From an uncultured bacterium (GTDB taxonomy: Bacteria; Muiribacteriota; UBA6191), in contig CAZRLV010000001.1 in NCBI GenBank assembly GCA_964600955.1, positions 2,277 to 44,586 on the forward strand: a DNA stretch of 42,310 bases. The letters are read 5' to 3'. This document shows positions 39,625 through 42,310 of the stretch, piece by piece. The position numbers and the translations under genes are program-made. Under the pieces are notes generated by a model. The model saw only the letters and a program-made list of their open reading frames with translations. It was not told where the DNA came from and ran no database searches. The stretch's first letter is position 1, and each line of letters opens with the position of its first letter.

Positions 39625-42225
39625 TTATGAAAGAAGCGAAAGCGCTCCCTGATTAAAGCCCTTAGTTTGCGCCAACTGAGCCGTAGCCGCCTGCGTGAGG
39701 ATTTGATCTCGCGTAAAATCAACGGTTTCTCTGGCAATATCCACATCGCGAATCTGGCTCTCAAATGAGCTTTGATGAATATGCGATGAGGTTAGAGTGT
39801 TGACGGCCGAGCGTTTTGGATCGACCCAAGTTTGGATCTTTCAGACGAGACTCTGGCAATGGCGTCATCCACCTTTCCTAGAGCCTTGGTGGCACTATGG
39901 ATATTTGTGATGTCTAAGCCGCGTAGTCCGAGAGCTTCAGAGCTGGCATTGGCCACCTGAAAACCAAGGGTTTGTCCCTGATTAGCCCCGACTTCAAATT
40001 GAAGCGTTCTATCGGTGACGTGCAGATCGAAATTGATTATCCCTGTACCCTGAGTCTCTTTATTGAAGTCAATTCCAAAGGAGTTTTGCCCAACAATCTG
40101 TGAGGAATTATTGGATGTGAGGACAATTTTGGCATTGTTTCCAGGACTGCGCGAGATAAAATCAAGGTTTCCAGCCACATCGAAGGAGTAGCTGACCCCG
40201 GTACTGCCAAGACTGCTATTATCCAGGATAGATGAGAGTTGGGACTGACTGATGGTGAAAGACTCCGTACTGCTGGTATTGGCAGTCCCAATGAAAATAT
40301 TTCCCGAAGAGCCGCCATTTTGGTCGATAACGGAAAACTGCATATAGCCGCCGAGTGTATATCCGGTGGTCAGATTGGTCGAGTTGGTGGATCCCGTATA
40401 GATAGCAGCCGTTCCAGCCGCTCCCATGGCGCTTGATCCCGAGACCATACCTATGGCCGCCATGGAGGCACTCGAAGTGATTGATATCCGTGCGTCACTG
40501 CCGCTTTCGGTGGATCTCAGCTCCAAAATTCCTCCGCTATTAATGGCCGTGGCTTTAACCCCCTCGGCCGCGAAATAATTATTGAACTCGTTTATGATGG
40601 AGGCGGCGGTAATGACGACTCCCTGATTGAAAGTGATATCGCTGGATGTGGCTGAAGCCCCCTGGTTAAAGTCTCCATCGCCGACTTGGATACGAATGAC
40701 TCCAGTGCCGCCAAAAGCAACTCCACCGGCGATAATTGCCCCTGAGAGCAGGGCATCAGAACCTCCAGCTCCGGTAATGGCGGTGCTCGCGATTCCAAGC
40801 ACTGCAGAAGCCTGGGCATTGGCTGCGATGGAAATAGTGCCACTGGTTCCGGTATCAGACGAGGTTATTGAGGGGGTCGAAATTGACCGTAAAGCCGGGG
40901 ACACGATAGGAGCTGCTGGTGGGGCCCGTTAGAGCATTGGTGGGGTCATTAGCCGCAGCAACGGCATTGGTAATCATGGTGGTTACCGAAGTTGTACTAT
41001 AGGTGCGACTGGCTGTCAGAGTAATCGTGACCCCGGCGCTGATACTGCCAGTCGTCTGACCGTTATCTCCGGCATTCGTGTCATGAATGGTAAAGACTAC
41101 ATCCGTGTCATTGGTTTGAATGGAATCCGTCCCTGTCAATTCACCGTCCACACGGGCCTCAGTGGCTAATTCAAAGGAGATGTCCAACCCTCCGAGAATT
41201 CCAAAGGCTCGATCGGATGTAGTTTCGGTGGAGTAAAACTCCGGTGTGGCAACTCCTTTCTGAGTTGCAGTTACCTTATAAGCGGCGGCTTCGGCCTCCA
41301 CTGAAATTTTAAAGGCCAGGGCGTTGACGATGTTTTCGTCGGCAGCAAACGACAACTCACCGGAGTCTCCAGCTTTCCCGGCATTATAGACAAACTGGGC
41401 TGTGGAGTTATCAAACTTAAATACAGAGCTAGCGATTCCAAGTCCTCCGTCTTCTTCATCACGAAGAATAGCGTTTTGCACTTTGTTGGCAAATTCCTCC
41501 ACACTCATCGTGCTGTTCATTTGAATTTCCACCTGGTTTCCATTTCCGCGCAGAGTCAGGGTTTCAGGATTTCCTAAAAAATTGTTCCCCTGAGAGTCAC
41601 TCATGCTGATCAGGTCGCCCAGGCGCGTATTTAGACCAGCCTCACGCTCGGTTTTAGAGCTTCTTTGGATGGCTCCGGTGAGTTCCTGGCGATTGCCGAC
41701 ATTGAGCAGGGAAAGTTCCACTGCATAGTCCCCGGCCGCGATGGATTCACCAGTCTGAAAAGCTCCAAGCTCTTTTTTGTCGGTAGAGGCTAAACCTGCG
41801 GCACTTCCGTCAATTAGCTTTTTGGTATTGAACTCTGTGGTCTGGGAGATTCGATCCACCTCGGTGATTAATTCATCCACTTCTTTTTGAAGCTCCATAC
41901 GGTCGTTGGTAGTCAGAGCATCATTCTGACTCTGAATGGATAGTTCACGGATGCGGTTTAAGATGGCATGATCTTCGTTAAGGGCCCCCTCGGCAGTTTG
42001 AATCAACGAAATGCCGTCCTGAGCATTACCAATGGAGCGGCTTAAACCGCGAATCTGGGAGCGGAATTTCTCTGAGATAGTGAGACCGGCAGCATCGTCG
42101 GCCCCGCGATTGATACGAATTCCAGAAGAAAGTCGTTCAATGGATTGGCTGAGTCCCGACTGATGTCGTCTCAAGTAACTCTGCGTGTTTAACGCAGGAA
42201 TATTTTCGTTAATTCGAAAACCCAT
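39625..42225 (-). pseudogene. fliC: Giant flagellin paralog 3 disrupted by two compensating frameshifts
   Basis: Flagellin homology runs through three frames: 42225..~40877 (track ORF 40855..42225), the +1 frame (track ORF 39792..40904), then back to the first frame for the last ~62 codons. That last stretch, in my translation, reads ...RSAVNTLTSSHIHQSSFESQIRDVDIARETVDFTRDQILTQAATAQLAQTKGFNQGALSLLS*, with stop at 39627..39625. Total length is 2601 nt = 867 x 3. Confidence 0.85.
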
Positions 42226-42277
42226 GCACCCTCCGTGGTGGATCCTTGCGGATCTTAGGATTGACCCTCCTTGTCAA
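42226..42277 (-). promoter_or_regulatory. Flagellin 3 leader with GGA-in-loop hairpin and GGAGGG Shine-Dalgarno
   Basis: The minus strand reads TTGAC-AAGGAGG-GTCAA (42277..42261), GATCC-GCAA-GGATC, then CACGGAGGGTGC-ATG. The promoter lies beyond the window edge. Confidence 0.45.
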
Positions 42278-42310
42278 TACACTTTGCTCATTCAGGTTAT
42301 AAAATTTAAT

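Noticed and set aside
1-42310. CRISPR arrays, IS elements or transposases, integrases, prophage genes, tRNA or rRNA genes, toxin-antitoxin or known defence systems
   Set aside because: Scanning the spacers and the ORF list, I found no direct-repeat/spacer arrays, no recombinase- or transposase-like ORFs and no cloverleaf-like or rRNA-like sequences. The only repeats are the flagellin-spacer motif family and the paralogous genes.

Overview
Chromosomal window from a flagellated bacterium; the taxon cannot be fixed from sequence alone. No rRNA, tRNA, CRISPR array, transposase or integrase was recognised.

Left third (1-15.2 kb), housekeeping and envelope genes:
- trkH.
- A tightly packed minus-strand array: pheS, ROK kinase, PilM-like protein, mini TM ORF, HEAT-repeat protein and two very large membrane-anchored TPR proteins.
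- A small coiled-coil gene followed by prs, then trmL and a secreted EEP-family nuclease/phosphatase.

Right two thirds (15.2-42.3 kb), a flagellin and glycosylation island:
- Three paralogous giant flagellin genes of about 870-890 codons. Only 35131..37770 is intact. 16122..18800 has a single in-frame TGA at a conserved Gly codon. 39625..42225 has two compensating frameshifts.
- Two paralogous GT2+TPR glycosyltransferases, each the next minus-strand gene downstream of a flagellin gene.
- A co-directional sugar-modification operon with WbpB/WbpD/WbpE-like enzymes, two DegT aminotransferases, an SDR epimerase, an AsnB-like amidotransferase, FemAB-like and NeuD-like enzymes, methyltransferases and a beta-propeller protein, with a GT-B glycosyltransferase at the island's left edge. 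It contains no nonulosonic-acid genes and no Wzx/Wzy/priming transferase.

Non-coding signals read directly from the sequence:
- Two near-consensus sigma-28 promoters.
- GGA-in-hairpin leaders in front of all three flagellins, and a duplicated leader module upstream of flagellin 1.
- A 12-15 nt motif (TTGACTGTGGGCCAG) present four times, only in flagellin-flanking spacers.
- A pair of roughly 60-bp inverted repeats bracketing the 19-kb segment that holds the glycosylation genes and flagellin 2.
- Three G8/C8 homopolymers, all inside the island.

The candidate for something undescribed is this island: giant modular flagellins with dedicated GT2-TPR partners and a predicted diamino-uronic-acid type glycan, carrying possible switching elements.
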